The position numbers were made by a program, and so were the translations under genes. Below, in pieces: positions 19,604-29,892 of a DNA stretch of 64,000 nt (its first letter is position 1; every line of letters begins with the position of its first letter). Origin of the DNA: Candidatus Marinacidobacterium sp. (lineage in GTDB: Bacteria > Acidobacteriota > Vicinamibacteria > Marinacidobacterales > Marinacidobacteraceae); NCBI GenBank assembly GCA_965243415.1, contig OZ251549.1, positions 2,555,632 through 2,619,631 of the forward strand, read 5' to 3'. The notes beneath the pieces are model-generated. The model did no database searches and was not told the origin of the DNA. It saw only the letters and a program-made list of their open reading frames with translations.

Positions 19604-20469
19604 GCCGCCGGCGTGAGCGCCGGCGGCCGGCCCCGGTCACGGTTGCTTTCCGGCGCCCCGCGACCGGGCCCGAAGTCGCCGCCGAGACCCGTCAACGCGA
19701 CGACGCCGCGACCCGCCGGAACCCGACCGGCTCGGTCCGACCGGCGAGACCGCCGGCACCCCGGAGCGTCCGGGGCGAGCCGGCGGGGTCGGGCGCCGCG
19801 ACCGCCGGGGATCGGCGGAACCGAACCGGCCTGATTCCCACCGGCGAGACCACGGCCCCCGGCGCGCCCGGCCCTCGTTCGGGAAGGGCCGGCGCGAGCG
19901 AGGCCTCCGCCCGAGCCGCGACGATCGCCGGAACGCGACCGGCTCGGTCCCTCCGGCGGGACCTCCACCGAGTCGAACGCGAGGGCTCCGTCCTCGATCC
20001 GGCCCGGGCTCCCCGCTCGCGCCGGGGAAGTCCGTCGGACACCGGGCCGCGCGGACCCCGGCGAACCGGCCACCAGCCGGCGCTGTCGCGGGCGAACGAA
20101 CCGGTGATCCGCGCCCGGCGCGCCGACGAAACGACTTCGCCGGCGGAGCCGCCCCGGCCGGCGCGCCGCGGCGAGCGACCGGGCGCCCCCGGCGTACCAT
20201 CCTTCGCGTCCCGTGTCGGTGGATTCCCCTCGCGTGCCGGTGCCCGCCCTCCCCCTGGCCGCCCTCCCGCTGACCGCCCTCCGCCCCCGGCCGCGCCGCG
20301 CCCCGGCCGGTCCGCCCTCCCGACTCGACCCCTGACCCGACCCGCGGCCGGCCCGGCGCCCGCCCCCCGCACCGCCCCCGGCGCCGCCTCCCCGGCCGCA
20401 CCCACCGCTCCCGCGGCCGCCTCCACCGCCGGCGCCGACGAGCGCCGGCTGGCCCGCCGGGCCGGGTCG

Positions 20470-22128
20470 GTGAGCCTCGGCGTCATCGTCTCGCGTTTCA
20501 CCGGCCTGGCGCGGGAGCAGGTGCTGGCCTACCTGTTCCCGACGGCGCTCCTCGACGGGTTCTTCGCCGCCTACACCTTCCCGAACACGCTGCGGGAGTT
20601 GCTGGCCGAAGGCGCGCTCTCGAAGGCCTTCGTGGCCACCTTCGCCGCGGTGGACGCCCGCGAGGGGCCGGAAGCGGCGCACCGGCTGTTCCGGCGCGCG
20701 TTCCGGGCGCTCTTCCTCGTCGCCCTCCTGGTGACCGTGCTCGGCGTGGTGTTCGCGCCGCAGTTGGTGGACCTGGTGTTCTCGCGGGAGGCGTTCTCCC
20801 GGCCGCTCCCGGAGGCCCTCGGCGGCCCCTTCGCCACCGGCCGCGACCTGACCGTCTGGCTGACGCGGCTGATGTTCCCGTTCATCTTCTTCGCGGCGCT
20901 GGCGGCGCTCTTCATGGGCGGACTCCAGGCCCGCCACCGCTTCTTCCTCACCGGGGTGGCCTCCTCCTTCTTCAACCTCGCCGCGATCGCCTTCGCCCTG
21001 GTCGGCGTCCTGGCGGCGCCGGCGCTGGGTCTCCACCCGATGGCCGGACTGGCGCTCGGGGTCCCGGTGGGAGGGCTGGCGCAACTCGCCGCCCAGGCGA
21101 TCGGCTTCCGCCGCACCGGGTTCCGGCGGACTCCCACCGGCGGGGCGCGCGCCACCCTGCGCGACCCGGCCTTCCGGCGGATGGCGCGGCTCTTCGCCCC
21201 CGCCGCCGGCGCCGCCGGGACCCTGCAGTTGAATGTCCTCATCTCCCGGCACTTCGCCTCCGCCGGCACCTCCTGGCTGGCCTGGTTCTCGATGGCCTAC
21301 CGGCTGGCGCAACTGCCTTCGGGCCTCATCGGCGTCGCGCTCTCCCACGCCGGGCTCCCCTCGCTGACCCGCGCCGCCGGCGGCGGGGACCGGGACGGCT
21401 TCGCCCGGGTGCTGACCCGGGTCGGGCAACTGATGCTGGTCCTGGGGCTGGCCGCGGCCGCCGGGCTCATCGCGGTCGCCGACCCGCTGGTGGCGCTCAT
21501 CTACCGGCGGGGGGCGTTCACCCCGGAGGACGCCGCGCAGGTGGCGGCGATGCTCTCGGTCTTCGCGCTGGGCCTGCCGGCCTTCGGGACGACGAAGATC
21601 CTCACCGACGCCTTCTTCGCCCTCGGCTCCACCCGCCCGCCGTTCCTGGTGGCCCTCGGCGCCACCGGGGCGACCTACCTCCTCACCCGCGCCTTCGTGC
21701 TCGACGCCGGGCTCGACCACCTGGGACTCCCGCTGGCGGTGGTCTCGGTGTCCGCCCTGTCGGCGGCCGCCCAGGCGCTGCTCCTCGCTCCCCGGCTGGG
21801 CCGCGACGCCCTCGGACGGAGCCGGGCGCGCGCGGTGTTCTCCGATCTGGGCCGGACCGCGCTCCGGGGTCTGCTGGTGGCGCTCCTCGTCGGCCTGGCC
21901 GCCGCCGCCGCCGCCGCCGGGCTCCGCGCCGGGCTGGAGCCGGGCCCGGTCTCCGATCTGGCCGCCACCCTCCTGCCGGCGGCGCTCGGCGTCCTGGTCT
22001 TCGGACTGGCCGCCCGCCGCCTGGCCCCGGTGGAGTACGCCCCGCTCCGGGCCGCCGCGGCCCCGCTCCTCGACCGGCTGGCCTCCCGCTTCCGCCGGCG
22101 GAACGGTCCCGGAGGAAGCGCAACCTGA
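20470..22128 (+). CDS. murJ: lipid II flippase MurJ
   Basis: VSRFTGLAREQVLAYLFPTALLDGFFAAYTFPNTLRELLAEGALSKAFV is the MurJ signature, followed by multiple TM helices. GTG start at 20470 is chosen because GC3 rises sharply there; the ORF-track start 20104 adds a 120-aa Pro/Ala-rich extension with lower GC3. Confidence 0.8.
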   Translation: MSLGVIVSRFTGLAREQVLAYLFPTALLDGFFAAYTFPNTLRELLAEGALSKAFVATFAAVDAREGPEAAHRLFRRAFRALFLVALLVTVLGVVFAPQLVDLVFSREAFSRPLPEALGGPFATGRDLTVWLTRLMFPFIFFAALAALFMGGLQARHRFFLTGVASSFFNLAAIAFALVGVLAAPALGLHPMAGLALGVPVGGLAQLAAQAIGFRRTGFRRTPTGGARATLRDPAFRRMARLFAPAAGAAGTLQLNVLISRHFASAGTSWLAWFSMAYRLAQLPSGLIGVALSHAGLPSLTRAAGGGDRDGFARVLTRVGQLMLVLGLAAAAGLIAVADPLVALIYRRGAFTPEDAAQVAAMLSVFALGLPAFGTTKILTDAFFALGSTRPPFLVALGATGATYLLTRAFVLDAGLDHLGLPLAVVSVSALSAAAQALLLAPRLGRDALGRSRARAVFSDLGRTALRGLLVALLVGLAAAAAAAGLRAGLEPGPVSDLAATLLPAALGVLVFGLAARRLAPVEYAPLRAAAAPLLDRLASRFRRRNGPGGSAT

Positions 22129-23075
22129 CCGCCGCCCCGCCTCGCCGCCGGTCGCCCGACCCGGTCGCCGCCCATCCGCAGGTCGGCCCCTTCCTCCACC
22201 ACCTGGCGGTCGAGCGCGGCCTCTCCCGGAACACCCTGGACGCCTACCGGCGCGACCTGGCCAAGTTGGTCGCCTTCGCCGGGGAGAAGCCGCTCCCGAC
22301 GCTCGACGCCGACGATCTCCGGGCGTTCCTCTCCCACCTCCACCACCGGGGCCTCGACTTCCGCTCCATCCGCCGCACCGGGTCGGCGGTGCGCGGCTTC
22401 TTCGGCTTCCTGCTGACGGAAGGGGTGATCGAGCGGGACCCGGCGGGGGAGGTCACCCCGGCGCGGGTGCTCGCGGGGCTGCCCCGGTACCTCTCGCTGG
22501 AAGAAGTGGAACGGCTGCTCGACGCCCCGGACGACTCGCCGCTCGGTCTCCGCGACCGGGCGATGCTGGAACTGCTCTACGCCACCGGCCTCCGGGTGAG
22601 CGAGTTGGTGGGGCTGCCGCTCGGCGGCGTGGTGTTCGGCAAGGACGGCGCGCCCGGCTACCTGACGGTGGTGGGGAAGGGGAACCGGGAGCGCATCGTC
22701 CCCTTCGGCTCCGCCGCCGAGACGCGGCTCTCGGAATACCTGCGGAGCGGGCGCCGGGCGCTCCTCGCCGGGCGGGGGGAGTCGCCGGCAGTCTTCGTGA
22801 CCGCCCGGGGCGGCGCCATGACCCGGATCCGCTTCTGGCAGATCGTGCGCCGCTACCAGACCCTGGCCGGCATCGAGCGGCCGCTGTCGCCGCATGTGCT
22901 CCGCCACTCCTTCGCCACGCACCTGCTGGAGCGCGGCGCCGACCTGCGCAGCCTGCAGCAACTGCTCGGCCACGCCTCGGTGAGCACCACCCAGATCTAC
23001 ACCCATGTCTCCGAGGAGCGCCTGCGCCAGATCTACGACCGCCACCACCCCCGGGCGAAGCGCGCCGGTTCGTGA
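22125..23075 (+). CDS. xerD: site-specific tyrosine recombinase XerD
   Basis: N-terminal core-binding region FLHHLAVERGLSRNTLDAYRRDL is encoded upstream of the ORF-track TTG start. The catalytic region carries LRVSEL, HVLRHSFATHLLE and LGHASVSTTQIYTHV. There is no in-frame ATG/GTG; a CTG at 22125 overlapping the murJ stop (cTGA) would give a 316-aa protein. Start is uncertain. Confidence 0.75.
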   Translation: MTAAPPRRRSPDPVAAHPQVGPFLHHLAVERGLSRNTLDAYRRDLAKLVAFAGEKPLPTLDADDLRAFLSHLHHRGLDFRSIRRTGSAVRGFFGFLLTEGVIERDPAGEVTPARVLAGLPRYLSLEEVERLLDAPDDSPLGLRDRAMLELLYATGLRVSELVGLPLGGVVFGKDGAPGYLTVVGKGNRERIVPFGSAAETRLSEYLRSGRRALLAGRGESPAVFVTARGGAMTRIRFWQIVRRYQTLAGIERPLSPHVLRHSFATHLLERGADLRSLQQLLGHASVSTTQIYTHVSEERLRQIYDRHHPRAKRAGS

Positions 23076-23082
23076 GCCGGGA

Positions 23083-23170
23083 TCCGTCGTGAGTCCCGAG
23101 TCCGACCCGACGGGCCGCCGCGATCCGGCAGCCGCCATCCGTTCCGCCGCCGGGCGGCCGGGAGCGGGCG
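23083..23170. repeat. degenerate direct duplicate (~75% identity) of the first ~90 nt of tsaC, placed just after the xerD stop
   Basis: gtgagtcccgagtccgac...gccgccgcgatccg...cgggcggggtcgcggtccctcc compares with 23379- gtgagtccgaagtccgac...gccgccgcgatccg...cgggcggggtcgccctctat. The minus... plus-strand ORF 23005..23382 translates the copy as VVSPESDPTGRRDPAAAIRSAAGRPGAGGVAVPP versus TsaC VSPKSDGARLPGAGGPDLAAAIRSAAERLRAGGVALYP. Confidence 0.5.
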
Positions 23171-23378
23171 GGGTCGCGGTCCCTCCGCTCCGGACCTCCG
23201 GCGGTGTCGGCGCCGAACCGCGTTCGCCGGATCGCGGCGTCGCCGGGTTCCGGCGGCACCGGCCCCGGGTGTCGCGCCGGCGGCTCCGGACTGCGGCCGA
23301 CGGGGAACGGGCGGGGAACGGGCGTCGATTCCCGGAGCGCGCCGCGGCGCGGGGCCACCCGGGGGAGAGCGGGCGCCG

Positions 23379-24023
23379 GTGAGTCCGAAGTCCGACGGGG
23401 CGAGGCTCCCCGGCGCGGGCGGGCCCGACCTCGCCGCCGCGATCCGCTCCGCGGCGGAACGGCTGCGGGCGGGCGGGGTCGCCCTCTATCCGACGGAGAC
23501 CTTCTACGCCCTCGGCGCCGATCCGCGCTCTCCCGAAGGGTGCGCCGCCGTCTTTCGACTGAAGGGGCGGGAGGCGTCGCAACGGCTGCCCCGGATCGCC
23601 GCCGACCGGGAACAGGTCGAAGCGGTGTGCCGGCTGTCGGACGCCGCCGCCGCGCTCGCCGACCGGTACTGGCCCGGGCCGCTGACGCTGGTGCTGCCGC
23701 TCCGGGACGGGGAGGACCCGGTGGCGGTGCGGGTGAGTTCGCATCCCGTCGCCCGGGCCCTCGCCGCGGCGCTCGGCCACCCGGTGATCTCCACCAGCGC
23801 GAACCGCAGCGGCGCCCCGCCGGCGCGGACGGCCGCCGCCGCGGTCGCGAGCCTCGGGGAGACCGCCGCGGCTCCGCTCGCGATCCTCGACGGGGGAGCC
23901 ACCCCCGGCGGCGCCCCCTCCGTCATCGTGGACGCCACCGGGACGCCCTTCCGCACCCTGCGCGGCTCCCTCGAATCGCTGTCCGAGGCGCCGCCGCCCG
24001 ACTCCCGCGCCCCGCGCCGCTGA
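23379..24023 (+). CDS. tsaC: L-threonylcarbamoyladenylate synthase (YrdC/TsaC family)
   Basis: VALYPTETFYALGADP, FRLKGREASQRLP, PGPLTLVLP and ISTSANRSG are YrdC/Sua5 motifs. GTG start. Confidence 0.8.
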   Translation: MSPKSDGARLPGAGGPDLAAAIRSAAERLRAGGVALYPTETFYALGADPRSPEGCAAVFRLKGREASQRLPRIAADREQVEAVCRLSDAAAALADRYWPGPLTLVLPLRDGEDPVAVRVSSHPVARALAAALGHPVISTSANRSGAPPARTAAAAVASLGETAAAPLAILDGGATPGGAPSVIVDATGTPFRTLRGSLESLSEAPPPDSRAPRR

Positions 24024-24093
24024 GGCGCCCGAAGTCCCGCCGGCCCGAACCGAAATCCCGTCGCCGCGCCGGCGCCCCCGCCGGTCAGCGGGG

Positions 24094-24155
24094 AACCGGG
24101 AAGAGAACCGGGAGGGGAACCGGGAAAAGAACCGGGAAAAGAACCGGGAGCGGGC
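24094..24155. repeat. 12-nt tandem repeat (GAACCGGGAAAA-like) x5 in the convergent tsaC/lon intergenic
   Basis: ggaaccgggaagagaaccgggaggggaaccgggaaaagaaccgggaaaagaaccgggagcgg. Confidence 0.7.
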
Positions 24156-24161
24156 CGGGAC

Positions 24162-26774
24162 TCAGTGGATCGGGACCCGGTCCCCGTCGGCGCCGCTCTC
24201 CAGCGCGGGGGCCGTCGGCGGGGCCAGCGTCGGGAAGATGATCGGCAGCGTCTCGTCGAGGTTCGACACCAGATGCACCGTCAGGTCGTCCCGGATCTCG
24301 TCCGGCACATCCTCGAGCAGCGTCGGCTCGTTCAGCCGCGGCAGGATCACCTCGCGGATCCCGTAGCGGTGCGCCGCCAGCAACTTCTCCTTGATGCCGC
24401 CCACCGGGAGCACATGCCCGGTGAGGGTGATCTCGCCGGTCATCGCCAACTCCGGGCGGCAGGTGATCCCGGTCACCACCGACACCAGCGCCGCCACCAG
24501 GGTGATGCCCGCCGACGGCCCGTCCTTCGGCGTCGAGCCCTCCGGCACATGGAAGTGGATGTCCGACTTCCGGTAGAAGTCGCCGGTGAGCCCGTAGGCC
24601 GGCCCGTTCCGGCGCACCCAGGAGAGCGCCGCCGTGGCCGACTCCTTCATCACCTCGCCCAACTGGCCGGTCAGCGTCAGCCGGTTGTTCCCCTTCATCC
24701 GGGAGACCTCGGCGAAGAGCAGGTCGCCGCCCACCGGCGTCCAGGCGAGACCCACCGCGACCCCCGGCACGCTGACGCGCTCCTGCAGTTCCCGGGAGAG
24801 CGAAGTGGGCGCGCCGAGCAGGTCGGTGACCACTTCCGGGGTCACCACCAGCGGCCCCTCCGTCCCCTCCGCCAACTTCCGCACCGCCTTGCGGCAGATC
24901 TTGGCGATGGAGCGCTCCATGTTGCGCAGCCCGGCCTCCCGGGTGTAGTCCCGGATGATGAGCGAGATCGCCTCCCGGTCGATGACCGGCGCCACTTCCT
25001 CTTCCTGGATGCCGTGGTTCTCCAACTGGCGGGGGATGAGGTGGCGGATCGCGATCTGGATCTTCTCCTCCTCGGTGTAGCCCTGCAGATGCAGGACCTC
25101 CATCCGGTCCTTCAGCGCCGGCGGGATGGGATCCACCATGTTCGCGGTGGCGATGAAGAGCACTTCGGAGAGGTCGAAGGCCAGGTCGATGTAGTGGTCG
25201 CGGAAGGAGTCGTTCTGCTCCGGGTCGAGCACCTCGAGCAGCGCCGAACTGGGGTCGCCGCGGAAGTCCATCCCCAGTTTGTCCACCTCGTCGAGCATGA
25301 ACACCGGGTTGCGGGTGCCGCCGCGCACCAGCCCCTGGATGATCTGGCCGGGGAGCGAGCCGATGTAGGTGCGCCGGTGCCCCCGGATCTCGGCCTCGTC
25401 GCGGATGCCGCCCAGACTCATCCGGACGAACTCCCGCCCCACCGCGGAGGCGATGGACTTGCCCAGACTGGTCTTGCCGACGCCGGGCGGGCCCACGAAG
25501 CAGAGGATCGGCCCCTTCTGGTCCGGCTTGCGCTCGCGCACCGCCAGGAACTCCAGGATCCGGTCCTTGACCTTCTCCAGGTCGTAGTGGTCGGCCTCGA
25601 GGATCTCCTTGGCGCGGGGGATGTCGTACTTGTCCTCGGTGCGCTTGTCCCAGGGGATCCGCACCAGCCAGTCGAGGTAGGTGCGCCCGACGGTGTACTC
25701 GGCGGAGGAGGAGGGGATGCGGCCCAGGCGGCGGAACTCGCGCATCGCCTCCTTCTCGGCCTCTTCGGGCATCCCCGACTTCTCGATCTTCTCCCGCAGT
25801 TCGTCGAGTTCCCGGGAGGAGTCGTCGCCTTCGCCCAACTCCTTCTGGATCGCCTTCAACTGCTCGCGCAGGAAGAACTCGCGCTGCGTGCGCCCGACTT
25901 CGCTCTTGACCTTGGACTCCAGGCTGCGGCTCAGGTCGCGCATCTGCTTCTCGCGCAGGATGGCGGCGTAGGCCAGCCCCAGCCGGTCCTCGATGGAGAG
26001 CGTCTGCAGCACTTCCTGCCGCATCTCGGTGCTCAGGCTGGGCAGCTGCTCGGCCACGAAGTCCGCCAACTGGCCGGCGCTCCCCACCCGGGCGAGATTC
26101 ATCTTCATGATCTCGCGCGCCCTCGGGAAGAGGTCGCTCCGGATCATCTCCTGGAGTTCTTCGCGGATCTTCCGGGTGAGCGCTTCGAACTCGACGGTCT
26201 TCGTCGCGCCCACGGCGCCGTCGAGCACCCGGATGTCGGCGCGCACGTACGGCTCGGTCTGGACGATGCGCTCCACGCGGAAGCGGAAACTGCCGCGGAT
26301 CACGATGCGGACGGTGCCGCTCTCGCGCATCTTGACCTGCTTCTCCAGGCGCGCGGCGGTGCCGATCGCGTAGAGGTCGTCCTCGCCCGGGTTCTCGACC
26401 GAGTCGTCCTTCTGGGTGAGGACCGCCAGCATCACCTTGGGCGCGGAGCGGCCGGACTCGGCTTCCGAGGCCTCCTTGGTCGCGTCCCGGAGCATCCGGA
26501 GCGTGCTCTTCCGGCCCACCTGCAGCGGCAGGTAGGAGTGCGGGAACACCACGATGTCCCGCAGCGGCAGCACCGGGACCCGGCGATGCACCTGCCCGTG
26601 CGGCGCGCCGCTCTCGGCGACCGGCGTCCGGACCTCGGAGCCGTCGCCGTCGCCGGGGTCGCTGTCGGCGGCGGCAGCAGCGTCGGCGGGGTCGGCGGAG
26701 GGGGCTTCGCCGTCCGGCGAGCTCTTCGCGGCGTCCTTCTTCGGGGACTCTTTGGGATCCTGGGCGTCAGACAT
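24162..26774 (-). CDS. lon: ATP-dependent Lon protease
   Basis: Lon N-terminal domain ([13 protein letters not shown]), the AAA+ motif GPPGVGKTS, and the proteolytic site with [17 protein letters not shown]. 870 aa with an acidic N-terminal extension. Confidence 0.95.
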   Translation of the reverse strand: MSDAQDPKESPKKDAAKSSPDGEAPSADPADAAAAADSDPGDGDGSEVRTPVAESGAPHGQVHRRVPVLPLRDIVVFPHSYLPLQVGRKSTLRMLRDATKEASEAESGRSAPKVMLAVLTQKDDSVENPGEDDLYAIGTAARLEKQVKMRESGTVRIVIRGSFRFRVERIVQTEPYVRADIRVLDGAVGATKTVEFEALTRKIREELQEMIRSDLFPRAREIMKMNLARVGSAGQLADFVAEQLPSLSTEMRQEVLQTLSIEDRLGLAYAAILREKQMRDLSRSLESKVKSEVGRTQREFFLREQLKAIQKELGEGDDSSRELDELREKIEKSGMPEEAEKEAMREFRRLGRIPSSSAEYTVGRTYLDWLVRIPWDKRTEDKYDIPRAKEILEADHYDLEKVKDRILEFLAVRERKPDQKGPILCFVGPPGVGKTSLGKSIASAVGREFVRMSLGGIRDEAEIRGHRRTYIGSLPGQIIQGLVRGGTRNPVFMLDEVDKLGMDFRGDPSSALLEVLDPEQNDSFRDHYIDLAFDLSEVLFIATANMVDPIPPALKDRMEVLHLQGYTEEEKIQIAIRHLIPRQLENHGIQEEEVAPVIDREAISLIIRDYTREAGLRNMERSIAKICRKAVRKLAEGTEGPLVVTPEVVTDLLGAPTSLSRELQERVSVPGVAVGLAWTPVGGDLLFAEVSRMKGNNRLTLTGQLGEVMKESATAALSWVRRNGPAYGLTGDFYRKSDIHFHVPEGSTPKDGPSAGITLVAALVSVVTGITCRPELAMTGEITLTGHVLPVGGIKEKLLAAHRYGIREVILPRLNEPTLLEDVPDEIRDDLTVHLVSNLDETLPIIFPTLAPPTAPALESGADGDRVPIH

Positions 26775-27135
26775 GAAGGACGGACCTCTCCCCGCCGCAG
26801 GTGCGGACAGGCAGCGCGGATAGTAGCCCCGCCGCTCGCCCGCCGCCGGGGGCCGGGGGCGCCTCGCCGGCCCGGACTTGAGCCGGAACCGGTGAGATTT
26901 CAGGAAACATTCGAAGCGGCAACGAGTTGCGGGAACGGCGCTTTCCGCCGGGTTGAGTCAGGGCGCATCAGATCTGCGATCCGCCGCCACCGGTCGGACT
27001 TCACCGTCGGAACCTCCGAGGCGAACCGGCCGGTGCGACTCCACCGGCCGAGCCTGACCCGCTCGCCGGAGAGACCCACGAGCAGGACGACCCGCCGGCG
27101 GTCCCCGTCCGACGGGCGATCGACCGCCCGTCGCT

Positions 27136-27284
27136 CATGGGCCGCACCACCGGAGCAGGAGCCCGAGCAGCGCGATCACTCCGAGCACCCCGCCGCAGCC
27201 CCACTGCCTGCCCGCCGCAACCAGCGCGACGACGAACGCTCCGACCCCGACCAACGCCAGGAACCCCGCGAGAACCCCGACCAT
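27136..27284 (-). CDS. small hydrophobic membrane protein (~49 aa), not in ORF track
   Basis: Reverse complement gives AAGGAG-N6-ATG then MVGVLAGFLALVGVGAFVVALVAAGRQWGCGGVLGVIALLGLLLRWCGP, i.e. two TM helices. Ends are +/-1 nt. Confidence 0.35.
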
Positions 27285-27684
27285 CTGTCGCTCCTTCGCG
27301 CCCTTCCGCTCGGAAGCCCCCCCACGCTCCCCGGTACTGCCGGTGGATCGCTTCCCCCGCCATCAGCCTCGTCGGGTCAGTCCGACCCGCTCCTCCCCGG
27401 AGTGCGCCGTGAACGCTCGCTCACCGGACAGTCCGGTCGTCTCGTCCGTCCATCCGGTGGGCGCTCCGCCCGGACCCGGCACCGGATGCCTCCCGGTCAG
27501 TCCAGCCCGGAGCCAGCCCAAGTCGAGAGCCAGCCGGTCATGAGTCACCGCCAGCCTCGGTCGGGAGCGCCGGGAGGCGAAGTGCGCCGCTCGGGGGAAG
27601 GGACCGCATCGGTGGAAGGAGGCCGCTTCCGCCGAAGGGGGCTTCGGCAGCCGAGAGCGGATTCGTCAGCCGAAAGGGAGTTCA

Positions 27685-28137
27685 TCAGCCGAAGGTGACT
27701 TCGTCGGGGAGTTCGTTCACATCGTCGGGCCGGATCGGGAAGTGCTCGCCGAGGAAGGCGCCGATGCGGCGGACGCCGTGTTCCAGGCCGTCCCCGATCC
27801 CGTTCTCCCGGATGTGCTCGGTGATCTCCGCCGCGATCCCGTTCCAGGCTTCCGCCCCGACCTTCTCGTCGATCGCGCGGTCGGCGACGATCTCGAAACG
27901 GCCGGACTTCACCGCCAGGAAGAGCAGGACCCCGGAACCGTCCTTCGTCCGGTCCACCCCCAGCGAGAAGAACTCCCGGACCGCGCGCCGCCGCGGCTTC
28001 TCGAAGGGCAGCAGCCGGGCGACCACATGGACCCGCAGTTCCCCGGAGGTCCCGCGCTCCGCTTCGGCGATGGCGGCGGCGATCCGGTCGAGGTCCTCCT
28101 CGGAGAGGTGCCCGCGCAGGGCCCGGGGTACGCGCAT
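27685..28137 (-). CDS. TPM domain-containing protein (TLP18.3/Psb32/MOLO-1 family)
   Basis: LSEEDLDRIAAAIAEAERGTSGELRVHVVARL, GVLLFLAVKSGRFEIVADRAIDEK. Confidence 0.8.
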   Translation of the reverse strand: MRVPRALRGHLSEEDLDRIAAAIAEAERGTSGELRVHVVARLLPFEKPRRRAVREFFSLGVDRTKDGSGVLLFLAVKSGRFEIVADRAIDEKVGAEAWNGIAAEITEHIRENGIGDGLEHGVRRIGAFLGEHFPIRPDDVNELPDEVTFG

Positions 28138-28152
28138 GTCCGTTCTACCCGG

Positions 28153-29106
28153 TTACCAACTGCCGCTGGCGCCGCCGCCGCCGAAGCCGCCGCCCCCGCC
28201 GACGAACCCGGAGAAGCCGCCGCCCATCCCGGAGCCGTGGAACGCCGACCCTCCGCCGCCGGGAATGCCGGCGTAACCCCAGCCGCCGCCGCCCCGGCCG
28301 GCGGTGGCCCGCGTGAAGGCGGTCGCCCCCAGCCCGGCGACGAGTCCCATCGGCGCCAGCCAGAGCATCGCCATCCCGCCGAGGAAGAGGAAGCCGACGA
28401 GCGCCGCCAGCCCGCCGCCGAGCACCGCCGCGCCGGCCGGATGGAAGGCGTTCCCGATCCAGCCGAGCAGTTGCAGGAGGACGAACGCCCCCAGGATCCA
28501 GAAGTGCCCGCGCCGGGAGCGGCCTTCCTCCCGCGGTCCGCCCCGCGGCGCCGCCGCTTCCCGGTACTCCCCCCGGGCGGCCTGCCCGAGCGCCTCGGCG
28601 GTGGCGGCGAGCCCGGCCGCGAACTCCCCGGCGGCGAACCGGGGCGCCATCCGGTCGCGGATGATCCGCCCGGCCAGCCCGTCGGGGATCGCGCCCTCGA
28701 GCCCGTACCCCACTTCGATCCGCGCCTGCCGGTCCTCGACGGCGACGACCACCAGCGCCCCGTTGTCCGTCTCCGCCTGCCCGATCCCCCAGTGCTCGGC
28801 GAGCCGGAGCGAATAGTCCTCGATCGCGCCGCCGAACTCCTCCGGCAGGCGGGGAACGCTGGCGACGACGATCTGCACCGTGGTCTCCGCTTCCAGCCGG
28901 GCCAGCGTCTCTTCCAGCGCCGCCCGTTCCGCGGCGGAGAGGATCCCGGCGGCGTCCACCACCCGCCCGGTCAACTCCGGGAACGCCGGCTCCTGCGCCG
29001 CCCCGGCGGCCGGCGCCGCGACCGCCGCCAGCGCCAGCAGCGCCGCCGCCCGGAGCGCGACCGGAGGCGCCGCCGGCGACTGCCGGAACGACCGGAGAGT
29101 CAACAA
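28153..29106 (-). CDS. TPM domain-containing protein (YgcG-like) with signal peptide, C-terminal TM and Gly-rich tail
   Basis: Signal peptide LRAAALLALAAVAAPAAGAAQ, then TGRVVDAAGILSAAERAALEETLARLEAETTVQIVVASV and ALVVVAVEDRQARIEVGYGLEG. A TM segment precedes a GGGGFGGGG tail. Confidence 0.8.
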   Translation of the reverse strand: MLTLRSFRQSPAAPPVALRAAALLALAAVAAPAAGAAQEPAFPELTGRVVDAAGILSAAERAALEETLARLEAETTVQIVVASVPRLPEEFGGAIEDYSLRLAEHWGIGQAETDNGALVVVAVEDRQARIEVGYGLEGAIPDGLAGRIIRDRMAPRFAAGEFAAGLAATAEALGQAARGEYREAAAPRGGPREEGRSRRGHFWILGAFVLLQLLGWIGNAFHPAGAAVLGGGLAALVGFLFLGGMAMLWLAPMGLVAGLGATAFTRATAGRGGGGWGYAGIPGGGGSAFHGSGMGGGFSGFVGGGGGFGGGGASGSW

Positions 29107-29150
29107 AACGGGCGAGCCTCTGCGTGCGTGCGAATCTCAGCGGGGCCGGA

Positions 29151-29768
29151 TCAACGCGAGAAATCGACTTCCGGCGCGGTCTCCGCCCCCTCGTCGGCCT
29201 CGAAGTACGCCGCCTCCCCGAAGTCGAACCAGTTGGCGACGATCCGCGTGAAGAACCGCCGCCTCCTCGTGTTGTACGCCTGCGCCGCCTCGTTGAACCG
29301 CCGCCGCTCCACCGCGATCCGGTTCTCGGTCCCCGCCAGTTCGTCCTGGAGACTCAGGAAGTTCTGGTTCGCCTTGATGTCCGGGTAACGCTCGACGACC
29401 ACCATCAGCCGGGAGAGCGCCCCGGTGAGCGCCCCCTGCGCCGCCTCGAAGCGGGCCAGCGCCTGCGGGTCGTTCAGGTCGGCGGCGGACACCTGCACCC
29501 CGGTGGCCCGGGAGCGCGCCTCGACGACTTCCCGGAGCGTCTCCCGCTCGAAGTCGGCGGCGCCCTCGACGGTGCTCACCAGGTTCGGGATCAGGTCCGA
29601 CCGCCGCTGATAGACATTCTCGACCTGCGACCACCCGGCCTTCACGCCTTCGTCGAGGGTCACCAGCCCGTTGTAGGTCGAGGTGACCGAGAAGAACAGG
29701 ATGACGCCGACCAGCAGCAGCACGGCGAGCGCGCCGCCGCAGCCGACCAGGACGAGTTTCTTCTTCAC
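29151..29768 (-). CDS. LemA family protein
   Basis: GTG start gives VKKKLVLVGCGGALAVLLLVGVILFFSVTSTYNGLVTLDEGVKAGWSQVENVYQRRSDLIPNLV... (N-terminal TM plus LemA core). Sits upstream of the two TPM genes, the conserved LemA-TPM arrangement. Confidence 0.8.
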   Translation of the reverse strand: MKKKLVLVGCGGALAVLLLVGVILFFSVTSTYNGLVTLDEGVKAGWSQVENVYQRRSDLIPNLVSTVEGAADFERETLREVVEARSRATGVQVSAADLNDPQALARFEAAQGALTGALSRLMVVVERYPDIKANQNFLSLQDELAGTENRIAVERRRFNEAAQAYNTRRRRFFTRIVANWFDFGEAAYFEADEGAETAPEVDFSR

Positions 29769-29892
29769 GGGCGGGATTCCTCGGGGGGCAGGGGAAGGGA
29801 CAGGGGCAGACGAAGGGGCAGGCGAAGGGGCAGGGAAGGAGGCCGGGAAAGAGGCAGGGGCGTTTCTTCCCGGTTCGGGAAGCGGCGGGATG

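Noticed and set aside
20104-20469. 120-aa Pro/Ala-rich N-terminal extension of MurJ
   Set aside because: GC3 is markedly lower than in the conserved part, and MurJ homologs begin near the VSRFTG motif. An internal GTG start is preferred.
19594-21720. 708-aa minus-strand ORF
   Set aside because: Antisense of murJ; Gly/Glu/Arg low-complexity.
26775-27000. Possible sigma32-type heat-shock promoter upstream of lon
   Set aside because: An AT-richer patch is present, but no convincing CTTGAAA / CCCCATNT pair at proper spacing could be found.
24165-27698. 1177-aa plus-strand ORF
   Set aside because: Antisense of lon; no recognisable domains.
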